Under the pieces are notes generated by a model. That model saw nothing but the letters and a program-made list of their open reading frames with translations. It ran no database searches and was not told where the DNA came from. Positions 25,917 through 35,547 of a DNA stretch of 64,000 bases are shown in pieces. Position numbers and translations under genes: made by a program. The DNA comes from a virus (lineage: Duplodnaviria > Caudoviricetes): IMG/VR virus record IMGVR_UViG_2974670102_000001, positions 96,001 to 160,000 of that record. One strand, written 5' to 3'. Position 1 is the first letter of the stretch. Each line of letters begins with the position of its first letter.

Positions 25917-25924
25917 AGTAAATA
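25917..25924 (+). promoter_or_regulatory. AGTAAATA motif
   Basis: Intergenic, at the head of the helicase operon. Confidence 0.65.
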
Positions 25925-25980
25925 GTATGGGGTAGCAGAAATCGGTCTGCTGCCCCGTTTCCATTTCCAAGGAGGAATTG

Positions 25981-26388
25981 ATGAACGTAACCCGCCAAGT
26001 ACTCGAACTCGCGCTCGCACAAAACGCGGAGACGCAATCGCGCGTGTCACCCGTTTCGGAAAGCGCAGAGGACCGTGCCCGATTTGCCCGTGACTTCCAG
26101 ACCGTGAGCCTTAGTCTGGGGCAGCGCACTGGCATCACGACCGCAGTCATCGCCACTGCAACCGAAGAGGACGTGATCGTATCTCGCATCCCGAACCAGT
26201 ACCGAGCAGTGGCCCGCGCCCACGTCATGAGCCATCAGGCGTTCCGCTGCACTGAGGGTGTGAAGTTCCGACGTATCTTCATCGACTGCCCGGTGCTGTT
26301 CGACGGCTTCTCCGAATTCGTGAAGTACGTGCACTCTGTCATGGTTCCGGGCCAGCAACTGGTCATCGTCGGCGCAAGCGTACTGTGA
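25981..26388 (+). CDS. Hypothetical protein (degenerate P-loop-like: GQRTGITT, IFID)
   Basis: AAGGAGG RBS. Confidence 0.65.
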   Translation: MNVTRQVLELALAQNAETQSRVSPVSESAEDRARFARDFQTVSLSLGQRTGITTAVIATATEEDVIVSRIPNQYRAVARAHVMSHQAFRCTEGVKFRRIFIDCPVLFDGFSEFVKYVHSVMVPGQQLVIVGASVL

Positions 26389-26582
26389 GCGTCGCCCACA
26401 AGAACGCCGAGATCATCTGCGCGTGGGTGAACTGGGCCCGCATCCAATACCAATCACCGACGACGGACGAGTGGTGCGACGTGCCTGCCGCTGTCGATAT
26501 GGAGGACGAGTACTTGAAGCCAAACCCGATCCATCCGGACTATGCGTGGTTCCCGAACTGGCGCGTGGTCAAACAGGAGTAG
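26385..26582 (+). CDS. Hypothetical protein
   Basis: GTGA coupling. Confidence 0.6.
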   Translation: MSVAHKNAEIICAWVNWARIQYQSPTTDEWCDVPAAVDMEDEYLKPNPIHPDYAWFPNWRVVKQE

Positions 26583-26585
26583 TTG

Positions 26586-28199
26586 ATGCTCAAACCCGTC
26601 AAGATGAAAAATGCGGTGCGTTGGCTTGTAGTCGACGCAGCCGCACGTGTTCGTCTTCCGGCTCGCGAACTCATGGACCTGCATGCGTGGTCCCGTAACT
26701 GGCGTGGTGGCGCACCTCGCGCCCTGTTCTCTGCGGCTTGCAACTGGCTCGAAGAGGAACAGGGCCGCTCGTGGTATCGAGACGATCAGTACCGGCTTCC
26801 ATATCCGGTGCCCGATCAGGTGGAGAAGCGGTGGGGTATGGTCTACGACATGATCGGGGCCTTTCTCGTCGACGAAGCAAAGGACTTCTGGAACAAGCTG
26901 GGCGACACGAATGAGATTGATCGTTCACTGTACAGTGCGGTAGACCTGTTCGGATCGGAAGATCAGAATCAGGAAGTGCGAGAGTTTGAACGGCCTGACA
27001 TACCTTGGAATGACGAGCAAAACTCGGCAATCAGGGACGTGATGCGCTGGTACTCGGACAAGGGTCGGGCACCGATCTTCAGGCTGTTCGGGTATGCTGG
27101 TACTGGTAAGACTCAGTTGATCAAGGAGATAGCGTGGCGCATCGAGAAAGGTGAGGGGGTCAAGAAGGGCTCCGTACTGTTTGCGGCGTACACGGGTAAG
27201 GCAGCGGCCGTCATGCGCAGCAAGGGCTGCGTTGGGGCCACGACATTGCACTCTTTGATCTACCGGCCGAAGATGGATCGTGTCACCGGCAAGATCAAGG
27301 GGTTCTCGCGCAACGAGGAAAGCCCGCTGCGGTACGCCTCGATCCTGATCGTCGACGAAGTGTCGATGGTGAACGAAGACATGGCGCTGGACATCCTGAA
27401 GTACGGGGTGATGGTGCTGGTCGTCGGTGACCCGTTCCAGTTGAAACCGGTTAAGGGCGAAGGCTACTTCGTGCGCGGCCGTGCCGATGTCATGCTCACG
27501 AAGATCGAGCGACAGGCTGAAGAGAATCCGCTGATCTGGTTGTCGATGCGACTGCGTGCGAAAAAGAAGCTGAAGCCCGGGACCTACGGTTCGACGCGGA
27601 TTCATGCTATAGGTACGCAGATTGATGACGAGCACGTGATGACCGCTGACCAGATGCTGTGCGGTATCCACCGTACGCGTCACGCGCTGAACCGGAAGTA
27701 CCGTACGCTTGCTGGCTACTTCGATCAGGAATCTGAATTCCCGGTCAAGGGTGAACGACTCCTGTGCAAGAAGAACAACAAGCAGACAGGCGTGCTGAAC
27801 GGAACGCAGTGGCATTGCTCGCGCCCGCGTATCAAGCCGATCAAACGGTTGAAGAACCCGAAGAACCCGGCTGCTGGTTACGAGGTGACACGTCTCGAAG
27901 GTCTGTACTTCAAGGCCCGGTCGCTCGACCTGTTCAACAGCGACGGTGCACCTATGATCGTGGACACGGTGTGTTCGCTCCACCACTTCGATCACAACCT
28001 GCCAGAGCCTCCGTGGCAAGACATTCAGGGCACCGACACGTGGACGTTCGCATACACGCAGACGGGCCACAGCGCTCAGGGCAGTCAGTGGGACAAGACG
28101 CTGATCGTCGACGAATCCGACGTGTTCCCGGATCAGAAATGGGAGCACTTCTACACGCAGTTGACACGGACCGCCGTGTCGGCAGAGATTTACCTTTAA
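26586..28199 (+). CDS. SF1B helicase (Dda/RecD2-like)
   Basis: GYAGTGKT, AYTGKAA, TLHSLIY, IVDEVSMV, GDPFQL, TGHSAQGSQW, YTQLTR. Confidence 0.92.
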   Translation: MLKPVKMKNAVRWLVVDAAARVRLPARELMDLHAWSRNWRGGAPRALFSAACNWLEEEQGRSWYRDDQYRLPYPVPDQVEKRWGMVYDMIGAFLVDEAKDFWNKLGDTNEIDRSLYSAVDLFGSEDQNQEVREFERPDIPWNDEQNSAIRDVMRWYSDKGRAPIFRLFGYAGTGKTQLIKEIAWRIEKGEGVKKGSVLFAAYTGKAAAVMRSKGCVGATTLHSLIYRPKMDRVTGKIKGFSRNEESPLRYASILIVDEVSMVNEDMALDILKYGVMVLVVGDPFQLKPVKGEGYFVRGRADVMLTKIERQAEENPLIWLSMRLRAKKKLKPGTYGSTRIHAIGTQIDDEHVMTADQMLCGIHRTRHALNRKYRTLAGYFDQESEFPVKGERLLCKKNNKQTGVLNGTQWHCSRPRIKPIKRLKNPKNPAAGYEVTRLEGLYFKARSLDLFNSDGAPMIVDTVCSLHHFDHNLPEPPWQDIQGTDTWTFAYTQTGHSAQGSQWDKTLIVDESDVFPDQKWEHFYTQLTRTAVSAEIYL

Positions 28200-28208
28200 G
28201 GGGGCAGC

Positions 28209-29099
28209 ATGTCCAAACTCGTAACCGTGCAGATCAAGCCACGGTCGTTTCTTCAGAAGAAGTTCTCCGCTGGTCGCATGTGGTTCTTAGCCGAGCCCAT
28301 CACCATTGACGGGGTGCACAACGGCAACTACGAGGTTGCTATCGCGGGCGGTCGGCACGTGATCAGTGGCCGTAGCCTGAACGTTCAGACGTGGACCACT
28401 AACGAGGAACCAGTAGAGTTGCTGACGCGCCTAAACGGCTACATCTACTCGACGACACCGGGTCATGGTGACTTGATACTGCGGCCCGAGGACATCCAGC
28501 CTCCGTCACCGCCCGAGCGTACGTTCGTCATGATCGACATCGAGAGTCTGGGGCTGCGCGTAGGATCGCCTGTCCTTTCTATCGGTGCGTGTGCCATGCA
28601 ACGCGGTCTCGGCATCATCGACGAATTCAGCGTCGTGCTCGATCTTCAAGAGCAACTGGACAAGGGCGCTAAGGTAGAGGCCGACGCCTTCTACTGGTGG
28701 CTGCGCCAGCCCGAAAAGCCGCGTCTGGCCATCGCAGGCCCCGACGTGAAGTACTCGACGCTGGAAGAGGCGCGCGAGCAACTGACCCACTTCTGGGCGC
28801 GCGTAGAGGCCCACCCGTGCGTCGTGGATGGCAACGTGTTCGCGATGGCCCTAGGCAACGACTTCGACCTAGCACAACTCGACCTGTGGTTCAATGGCAA
28901 CGTGCCATGGCACTACCGCGACAAGGTGTGCCTGCGCGCCCTGATCAACACGCACCCGAACTCGGTGGTGTGGGATAGCGAGGACAACTTCGGCAAGGAT
29001 CGCGAGGACCTGCACACTGCGCTCGGGGACGCGAAGGCCCAATCCCGGATGCTCATGCGCATGATCGCCCGACATCCCGAAATCTCGCAGGTGGTGTGA
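28209..29099 (+). CDS. DEDDh 3'-5' exonuclease (exoribonuclease-like)
   Basis: MIDIESLG, GNDFDL, HTALGDA. Confidence 0.85.
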   Translation: MSKLVTVQIKPRSFLQKKFSAGRMWFLAEPITIDGVHNGNYEVAIAGGRHVISGRSLNVQTWTTNEEPVELLTRLNGYIYSTTPGHGDLILRPEDIQPPSPPERTFVMIDIESLGLRVGSPVLSIGACAMQRGLGIIDEFSVVLDLQEQLDKGAKVEADAFYWWLRQPEKPRLAIAGPDVKYSTLEEAREQLTHFWARVEAHPCVVDGNVFAMALGNDFDLAQLDLWFNGNVPWHYRDKVCLRALINTHPNSVVWDSEDNFGKDREDLHTALGDAKAQSRMLMRMIARHPEISQVV

Positions 29100-29326
29100 T
29101 GACGAAGAAACAGAAGGCTCCGGGCCTGCGTCTGCAACTGCTGTCGGACGGCAGCACCGCCCAGTACCTCGAAATCTCGAAGCTGGCGACGCCGCACGTC
29201 GAGAAGGAGTTCATCCACTTCGACAAGCTGCCGGACGGCACGTGGCGTCTGCTCATCAACGTGCGTGACGAGAACGGCAAGCAGATTGCGACGCCGGACA
29301 TCCACATCATGGAGATCATGCGGTGA
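29096..29326 (+). CDS. Hypothetical protein
   Basis: Coupled ORF. Confidence 0.65.
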   Translation: MMTKKQKAPGLRLQLLSDGSTAQYLEISKLATPHVEKEFIHFDKLPDGTWRLLINVRDENGKQIATPDIHIMEIMR

Positions 29327-29688
29327 GCGAGGATAGCAGTGACTGGGTAGGCGTCGATTTTGATTCGACGCTTGCTTATCTGGACGAGTGGCAAGGAAAG
29401 TTTCACCTTGGCAAGCCTATACCGGCCATGGTAGCATTCGTCCGCAGTTTGCTCGAACAGGGCAAGGAAGTGCGTGTGATGACGGCCCGGGTGTGCCCGG
29501 ACCCCGACTACACTGAAGAAGAACTCGAAGAGATTCATCGCCTAATCGAGGATTGGACTGAAGAGCATATCGGCACTCGCTTGAGCGCCACGTGTATGAA
29601 GGACCGGTACATGATCGCGCTCTTCGACGATAAGGCATTTCACGTGACCCCGAACACGGGGATCGTTCACATACCGGAGGATGAATGA
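29323..29688 (+). CDS. HAD-superfamily phosphatase
   Basis: VGVDFDSTL, MTAR, K, LFDDKA. Confidence 0.8.
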   Translation: MSEDSSDWVGVDFDSTLAYLDEWQGKFHLGKPIPAMVAFVRSLLEQGKEVRVMTARVCPDPDYTEEELEEIHRLIEDWTEEHIGTRLSATCMKDRYMIALFDDKAFHVTPNTGIVHIPEDE

Positions 29689-29930
29689 AGTCCATTAAAT
29701 TCCAACGGCGCTGTAGCAGCGGCACGGAGTTTTACGAAATGCCGCTGGAAGAGGGCAACTACGGCATCGTCTACAACGGTGGTCCCACACTCGGTATCAA
29801 GTTCTTCTCCGACGACGGCACCGAATGCCTGTACGTCGAGTTGCCGAAACACGCTGCCGACAAGATGGCCGAGTACATCACTCAGGCCGACCGCAACCAT
29901 CAACTCTACAAAAACCTGAAGGAAATCTGA
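29685..29930 (+). CDS. Hypothetical protein
   Basis: GGAGG RBS, ATGA coupling. Confidence 0.65.
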   Translation: MKSIKFQRRCSSGTEFYEMPLEEGNYGIVYNGGPTLGIKFFSDDGTECLYVELPKHAADKMAEYITQADRNHQLYKNLKEI

Positions 29931-30634
29931 TGTTCAACGTCGACCCGCATTACGAAGCAAAGCACATTATTCGCGACACGTTCGAGCCTGACCACGCCGA
30001 CTATCTGCTGTCGGCCATGTCGCAGGGGCTGCATACGGCAAACCCGTACCACAACGTGGAGCATCAACTGCATGTCGCGTACTGGGCCCACGTGTGCGCG
30101 CTCAACGAGAACTCGTTGCTGGCCAAGCCTAGCAATCGCTATCTCGTCGAAAGCGATATCAAGGCGCTCCTGCTGGCCGCCATGTTCCACGACCACAACC
30201 ATTCGGGCGGTGTCGAGAACGATCTCGTCAACGTCCAACGCGCGATCCAGCGCGTGATGAGCCGCGACATCGCACTCATCATGGAAAACGAAGGCATCGA
30301 CAAGACGAAGGTGCGCAACCTGATCCGCGTCACCTGTTTCCACGAAGGCGAGTTCCGGCACGCGCCGAAGAATTTGCTGGAAAAGGCGATCCGCGACGCC
30401 GACCTCATGATGGTCTACACGCAAAGCGGCGCGGACGTGTCGACCGGCCTCATGTACGAGCAGAAGGGTGCACCCACTGGCTGGGTTCAGCGCTCGTACG
30501 AATTCCTGAGCAGCGCGAAGATGTTCACGCGTTTCGGCCAGATCGCACAGGCCCAGCACCTGAAAGACGCGTGTGCCGCGTGGAAAGAACAGCATGACCA
30601 GATCGTTGCGTACAACGCAGCCGCTGGAAAGTAA
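29930..30634 (+). CDS. HD-domain phosphohydrolase, class I PDE-like signature
   Basis: NPYHNVEH...LLAAMFHDHNHSG...N...DAD. Confidence 0.8.
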   Translation: MFNVDPHYEAKHIIRDTFEPDHADYLLSAMSQGLHTANPYHNVEHQLHVAYWAHVCALNENSLLAKPSNRYLVESDIKALLLAAMFHDHNHSGGVENDLVNVQRAIQRVMSRDIALIMENEGIDKTKVRNLIRVTCFHEGEFRHAPKNLLEKAIRDADLMMVYTQSGADVSTGLMYEQKGAPTGWVQRSYEFLSSAKMFTRFGQIAQAQHLKDACAAWKEQHDQIVAYNAAAGK

Positions 30635-30663
30635 GACAACGCAACAATTACCCTTGAGGTTCT

Positions 30664-31239
30664 ATGCTGGAGAAATCCAAACCCGAGCGCTGGAAGGCTA
30701 TTTCGGGTTTCCCTGACTACATGGTGTCTACACACGGTCGCGTGAAATCTTTGGCTCGTGCAGTTACGTTCGAACGTGCTGGGCGCAGCGTGACCAGAAC
30801 AGCACCGGAGAAAATCCTGAAACAGCAGGATCACACGCAGGTGTACAAATCTGTTAGCCTGTACCGGGGTGGGCACCAGCACCTTATGCTGGTGCATCGT
30901 CTTGTTGCTGATGGGTTTGTTAAAAACCCCCAAAACCTTCCCGTCGCTATGCACGGCGACGACAACAAGCACAACAACCACTATAAGAACCTGACGTGGG
31001 GAACGCACAAGAAGAACGTGCAGGATGCTCACGCCAGTGGCTTGGCCAATACCGCTCGCGGTTCGCAGGCGGCAAAGGCCGTGGTAAATGAGGCGCAAGT
31101 GCTTGAGATTGTACGGCTTCTTAACTCCGGCGTGACTCAGAAGGAGGCAGCGTCTATGTATGGCCTGTCAAGGAGTTCTGTGTCACATATAAAGCTCGGC
31201 CTTAGCTGGTCGCATATAACCGGAATTGGGAGGTCCTAA
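30664..31239 (+). CDS. NUMOD4-HNH homing endonuclease
   Basis: ERWKAISGFPDYMVSTHGRVKS; VHRLVA...MHGDDNKHNNHYKNLTWGTHKKN. Confidence 0.92.
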   Translation: MLEKSKPERWKAISGFPDYMVSTHGRVKSLARAVTFERAGRSVTRTAPEKILKQQDHTQVYKSVSLYRGGHQHLMLVHRLVADGFVKNPQNLPVAMHGDDNKHNNHYKNLTWGTHKKNVQDAHASGLANTARGSQAAKAVVNEAQVLEIVRLLNSGVTQKEAASMYGLSRSSVSHIKLGLSWSHITGIGRS

Positions 31240-34200
31240 ATGTTGGAACGTGAATTCACCTTCGACCCGGCACATGACCTGATCGACAAGCGCGATCCGT
31301 ACAATCTGGTGATCCACCAGTGCAACGGTTGGGCGCAGAACAAGCGTCGCATCATGATCGTGTGCCAGTTCGTAGACTCGCGCGACCTGAAGGCCGGTGA
31401 AATGCTTGGTGACCGGGGGACTCGTCTTCCGTTCATCAACGCCATGAAATACGGCAACAAAATCGCGCGGTCGTACGCAGAAGACAAGAGCATTCCGCAG
31501 GCGTCCTATACGGTCATCAACTGGGCCGCATGCAAACACTTGAACCTCGGCACCGCGCAGAAGCGCGAAATGGAAGTCGCCTTCGGTGAGCGGATCAAAA
31601 AGGCGATCAAGAAGTTCCGGCCCACGCACATCCTGTTCTCGGGCGACGAGGCTATCCATTCGGTGTTCCCGCAGATCAAACACCCGCAGTACAAGCGCGG
31701 GTGGGTGCATCAGATGCAAGTCGGGGAAGAGAAGATCAAGGTCGTGTCGACTCTCGACTTCTTCCGCTTGCTCGATAAACAGGGCGAGCACGCAAACCTG
31801 TTGGGCTTCTGGTGCCGCCACTTCGCGAACCTCGTGATCGGCCGCAACCCGCACAACATCGCGGACCTGACGCCGACACCGAAGTACATCAAGACGCTGG
31901 ACGAGTTCACGCTCTTGATGAAGAAGTTGTACAAGGCAAGCGAAGTCGCGTTCGACACGGAAACGCGAAACTTGAGTGTCCTGTTCAACAAAATCCTGAC
32001 CATCCAGTTTGCGATGGATACGAACCCAGACCGTGGGTACGTGGTGTCGGTAGATCATCCGCTGGCCCACTGGACGAAGGAAGAGCGGCTGCACATCAAG
32101 CGCGAGTTGAAGAAGTTCTTCAGCGCCAAGAAGGGGCCGATGCTTCTCACCTTCAACGGTATGTTCGATTTGCGGGTCGTGCGCCAGCAACTGCGCATCC
32201 CAATCATCTGGCATCCGGTGTGGGAGATCACGTTCGGTGAGCACGCGCTGGACGAGAACATTTCGTCGCTCAACAAGGTGTGTAGCATGCCTGACGAGCA
32301 GTTGAAGGACTCGTCAAAGTTCGGTGGTCTTCGTCCAATCCTGTGTTCGTACGGCAACGACTTCTACTTCAGGGATGACACGGAGTTCGGTAAGGGTGAT
32401 CGCGGAAACATCGCGAACATCGACCCGCAGAATCCGGACTTCTTGATGTATGCGGCGATGGACGTTCAATCGCTGCTGCGCATCAAGCAGGAGCAGTTGC
32501 GCCGTGCGGACCGGATCATGCTCGCGGGCAAGGTCTGGCGTCCGCATTACGAGCGCCATATGATTCACCAGATGGGGTGGACGGCTCACCAGCTTTCGCA
32601 CCTCAAGCAGGACGGGTCGAAGATCAGCAAGTCGTACCTGCGCACCCTGCTCTCGAAAGAAGGGCCCCTGCGTAAGGAGTTGCGTCGAGCCATTGCCGAG
32701 TTCCGGGTCTACAAGGAAGTGCGTCAGGCAAACTCGGAACTGCTCAAGGAGTCGGGCTTCAAGGCCGGGTTCCTGTTCGGTGCGGCAAAGGCAGCAGGCA
32801 ACTGGATGTTTAAGCTGAGTCGAACGCCACACAAGGCGAAACTCTTCTTCGATATCTTGGGGTTGCAGCCGCTGTCGAAGACGAAGAGCGGGAACGATGC
32901 TATCGACAAGGAGTTCGTGGCCCATTACCGGGACAAGAACAAGATTGTCGGGCTGTATGGTGAGTATCAGGCGCTGACGAAGTTGTTGAGCACGTACGCG
33001 CGTGGCTGGTTCAAGCGATTGACCACCAACATGGACGCGGCAAAGGACAACCACCTTCGACCCGACTACTCGGTGTGGGCGGTTGTGACCGGGCGTCTGG
33101 CGTCGATGGGTCCGAACCTCCAGCAGATTCCGAGCCGTGGGAAACTGGCCAAGATCATCAAGAAGATGTTCGTGAGTACTCCGGGCTATCTCATGATCCG
33201 ATACGACTATTCGGCACACGAGGTGCGAATCTGGAGTGTTGCATCAGGCGACGATGCGCTGGCCGAGGCGTTCCGTGCGGGCCAGAAATTGCGGCAGGCG
33301 TACATCGCGGCCACGACCGACGAAGAGCGGGCCGAGATCAAGGCGCAGTTGAAGACGAAGGGCGACATTCACATCCAGAACGTCTTCCGATTCTTCAAGC
33401 AGTGGGTGGACAAGGACCATCCGCTGCGACATGCGATTAAGGCGGTTGTGTTCGGCGTGCTGTACGGTAAGTCGGCCAAGACGCTGGGCATCGACACGAA
33501 GCAGTCTGACCTTGGTGCAATCAAAGGCCAGATCAGTACGCTGTACGAAGAATCGTTGAAGCCTGAGACCGATAAGAAGCGAGTGGCCGAGATCAACCGG
33601 CTGATCGAAGAACTCGATCTGAAGCTGACGGCACTGATCGAAGAAGATCGGACGCCGTACGCACAGGACATCATCGACAAGATGTTCAAGGCGTTCCCGC
33701 AGGGTGCGACGTGGACTGAAGGCATGCAGCGCATGGCAGAAGAAGAGTACTACGTGTACAGCCCGAGTGGTCGTCGCCGGTTCTTGCCCGCTGCTATGAC
33801 ACAGGATCAGCAGATCGTTGCGCAGCAGGTGCGACGCGGTTCGAACGCCCCGATTCAGGGTTTTGCATCCGAGATCGGTGTGCGGGCTGGGCGCGAAATT
33901 CTGGAGGCGTACTACGATGCGCTGCCGCAATTCCGCGAATGGCTTGGGCTCGAAGGCACAGACTGGGACTGGCGTGTCCTGTTCAACCGGACGGTGCACG
34001 ACGCGAACTACTACAGCGTTCCGTACGCTATGGTGATCCCGTTCCTGCATATGATGCAGTATCAGGCGACGTATGGTGTGACGGCCGCGTTCAAGCGCGA
34101 CTTCAACATCAAGTTCACCATCGAGCCTGAGATCGAAGCCGAGATCATGGGTGCGAACGATACGGAAGGCAGTGCTTGGGACTGGAGCCTGAACAACCTG

Positions 34201-34410
34201 ATGGACTCGCTAAAAGCCGCACTCAAGAGTCAGGCTGCGGCCGGTCTCCTGAAAGGAACGGAAAGCGAAGTGTTTGAGCAAATCGTCAAACCTTGGCGCT
34301 CGAAGAAAATGCGTGGCTGGTTGCAAGAGAACTATCCGATGTTGGACGTTCGTGATCTGGACACGCAGATTCGTGGTGCCCTGAAACACGCTGACAAGGA
34401 GGCTGCATGA
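31240..34410 (+). CDS. Family A DNA polymerase with N-terminal UDG-like domain and 3'-5' exonuclease
   Basis: AFDTET, FNGMFD, YAAMD; TGRLAS..PNLQQIP; DYSAHEVR; KAVVFGVLYG; NAPIQG; VHD. Confidence 0.95.
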   Translation: MLEREFTFDPAHDLIDKRDPYNLVIHQCNGWAQNKRRIMIVCQFVDSRDLKAGEMLGDRGTRLPFINAMKYGNKIARSYAEDKSIPQASYTVINWAACKHLNLGTAQKREMEVAFGERIKKAIKKFRPTHILFSGDEAIHSVFPQIKHPQYKRGWVHQMQVGEEKIKVVSTLDFFRLLDKQGEHANLLGFWCRHFANLVIGRNPHNIADLTPTPKYIKTLDEFTLLMKKLYKASEVAFDTETRNLSVLFNKILTIQFAMDTNPDRGYVVSVDHPLAHWTKEERLHIKRELKKFFSAKKGPMLLTFNGMFDLRVVRQQLRIPIIWHPVWEITFGEHALDENISSLNKVCSMPDEQLKDSSKFGGLRPILCSYGNDFYFRDDTEFGKGDRGNIANIDPQNPDFLMYAAMDVQSLLRIKQEQLRRADRIMLAGKVWRPHYERHMIHQMGWTAHQLSHLKQDGSKISKSYLRTLLSKEGPLRKELRRAIAEFRVYKEVRQANSELLKESGFKAGFLFGAAKAAGNWMFKLSRTPHKAKLFFDILGLQPLSKTKSGNDAIDKEFVAHYRDKNKIVGLYGEYQALTKLLSTYARGWFKRLTTNMDAAKDNHLRPDYSVWAVVTGRLASMGPNLQQIPSRGKLAKIIKKMFVSTPGYLMIRYDYSAHEVRIWSVASGDDALAEAFRAGQKLRQAYIAATTDEERAEIKAQLKTKGDIHIQNVFRFFKQWVDKDHPLRHAIKAVVFGVLYGKSAKTLGIDTKQSDLGAIKGQISTLYEESLKPETDKKRVAEINRLIEELDLKLTALIEEDRTPYAQDIIDKMFKAFPQGATWTEGMQRMAEEEYYVYSPSGRRRFLPAAMTQDQQIVAQQVRRGSNAPIQGFASEIGVRAGREILEAYYDALPQFREWLGLEGTDWDWRVLFNRTVHDANYYSVPYAMVIPFLHMMQYQATYGVTAAFKRDFNIKFTIEPEIEAEIMGANDTEGSAWDWSLNNLMDSLKAALKSQAAAGLLKGTESEVFEQIVKPWRSKKMRGWLQENYPMLDVRDLDTQIRGALKHADKEAA

Positions 34411-34823
34411 TCGACAAAACCCTGTCGGCAGAGCGGGTAGGGGAAGAACTGCTATGGCAGATTTACGTGGAGCCGGAAGAAATGACGGCAGAGCAGTTGA
34501 ACGGTGAGGGCGAACAGCCTGACTACTACGCTCTCTACCTCACGGAGGCGGCCCACGGACATTTCAACATGCAGGTGGTGTTGGCGCGCGTGTTGCCCGG
34601 TGAGCCTGACCTAGGTGACATATACGTCTACGATCATGAAGTGTACAGCACGTTCGTATACATCGCGCCCGGCCGTCGTGCCGACGCGGAGGAACTGCTA
34701 TGTGACATGATCCGCATGCTCAGCGCCGGGAACGTAATCAACCCGATTGAATTGACACACGCGTTCGGTGGGATGGTGCGCGGTCGCCCGGTGCAGATGG
34801 GCACCATGCATCCGACCCACTGA
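34407..34823 (+). CDS. Hypothetical protein
   Basis: AAGGAGG RBS. Confidence 0.7.
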   Translation: MIDKTLSAERVGEELLWQIYVEPEEMTAEQLNGEGEQPDYYALYLTEAAHGHFNMQVVLARVLPGEPDLGDIYVYDHEVYSTFVYIAPGRRADAEELLCDMIRMLSAGNVINPIELTHAFGGMVRGRPVQMGTMHPTH

Positions 34824-34847
34824 GTGCACTTAACGCTAGACGTTCAC

Positions 34848-35543
34848 ATGACACACATTTATGGGTCACTAACTATCGACGCGCAGTCGTCGATGCCAGT
34901 GCTGCCCGTGCTAGACGTTGAACACGTCATGCATGGTCAGCACACCAACTCGTGGTACAAGGGCCAGTGGTCTATGGCACATGTGCCGGGGACCGCCCAC
35001 ACAGTGGTGGCGCTTCCGCAGCGCGGTAAATTCATGGACGTGTACACTGCGTCCGCTGATCTGGAGCGTACGGAAGCAATCGGTCAGCACATTGCGGACA
35101 GTCTGCGCGATCTCGATTCGAAGCATGCGGGCTCGCGGTGGCTGTACAAGCTGCACATGCTGATGCAGGAAACTGGTGCCGACGTTCCGTACACGTCGAT
35201 CATCAACAACATGAGCGAGCATGCGTCGTTCTCGCTCCTGAGCCAAGGGATTGACCTAGGGGTCTACGGTGTATATGATACGGTTAATCGTAGCGTACAA
35301 CTCGTGTGGACTACCGATCCCGACTTCGTTCAGAGGACGCGGGCAACGGAGCCCACGCGGTATCTTTTCCACCGCTACCCCGTAGTCCGTGACCGTCCCT
35401 TGTTCATACACACAGAGAACGTGTGTGCCAAGTGGTACGTGTGGAAGCAAGCATTCACGAACGTTGACGGGGTTCTCAAGGCATTCAACGTGCTCGAAAA
35501 CTTTCTCTTCAAGAATCCAGAAGTAGCTGAAATCCGGAGGTGA
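34848..35543 (+). CDS. Hypothetical protein
   Basis: ORF of about 230 aa; start at 34824 or 34848. Confidence 0.7.
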   Translation: MTHIYGSLTIDAQSSMPVLPVLDVEHVMHGQHTNSWYKGQWSMAHVPGTAHTVVALPQRGKFMDVYTASADLERTEAIGQHIADSLRDLDSKHAGSRWLYKLHMLMQETGADVPYTSIINNMSEHASFSLLSQGIDLGVYGVYDTVNRSVQLVWTTDPDFVQRTRATEPTRYLFHRYPVVRDRPLFIHTENVCAKWYVWKQAFTNVDGVLKAFNVLENFLFKNPEVAEIRR

Positions 35544-35547
35544 TCTG

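Noticed and set aside
30664-31239. HNH as an intron-encoded ORF within the polymerase
   Set aside because: It lies between the complete HD and polymerase genes, so it is free-standing.
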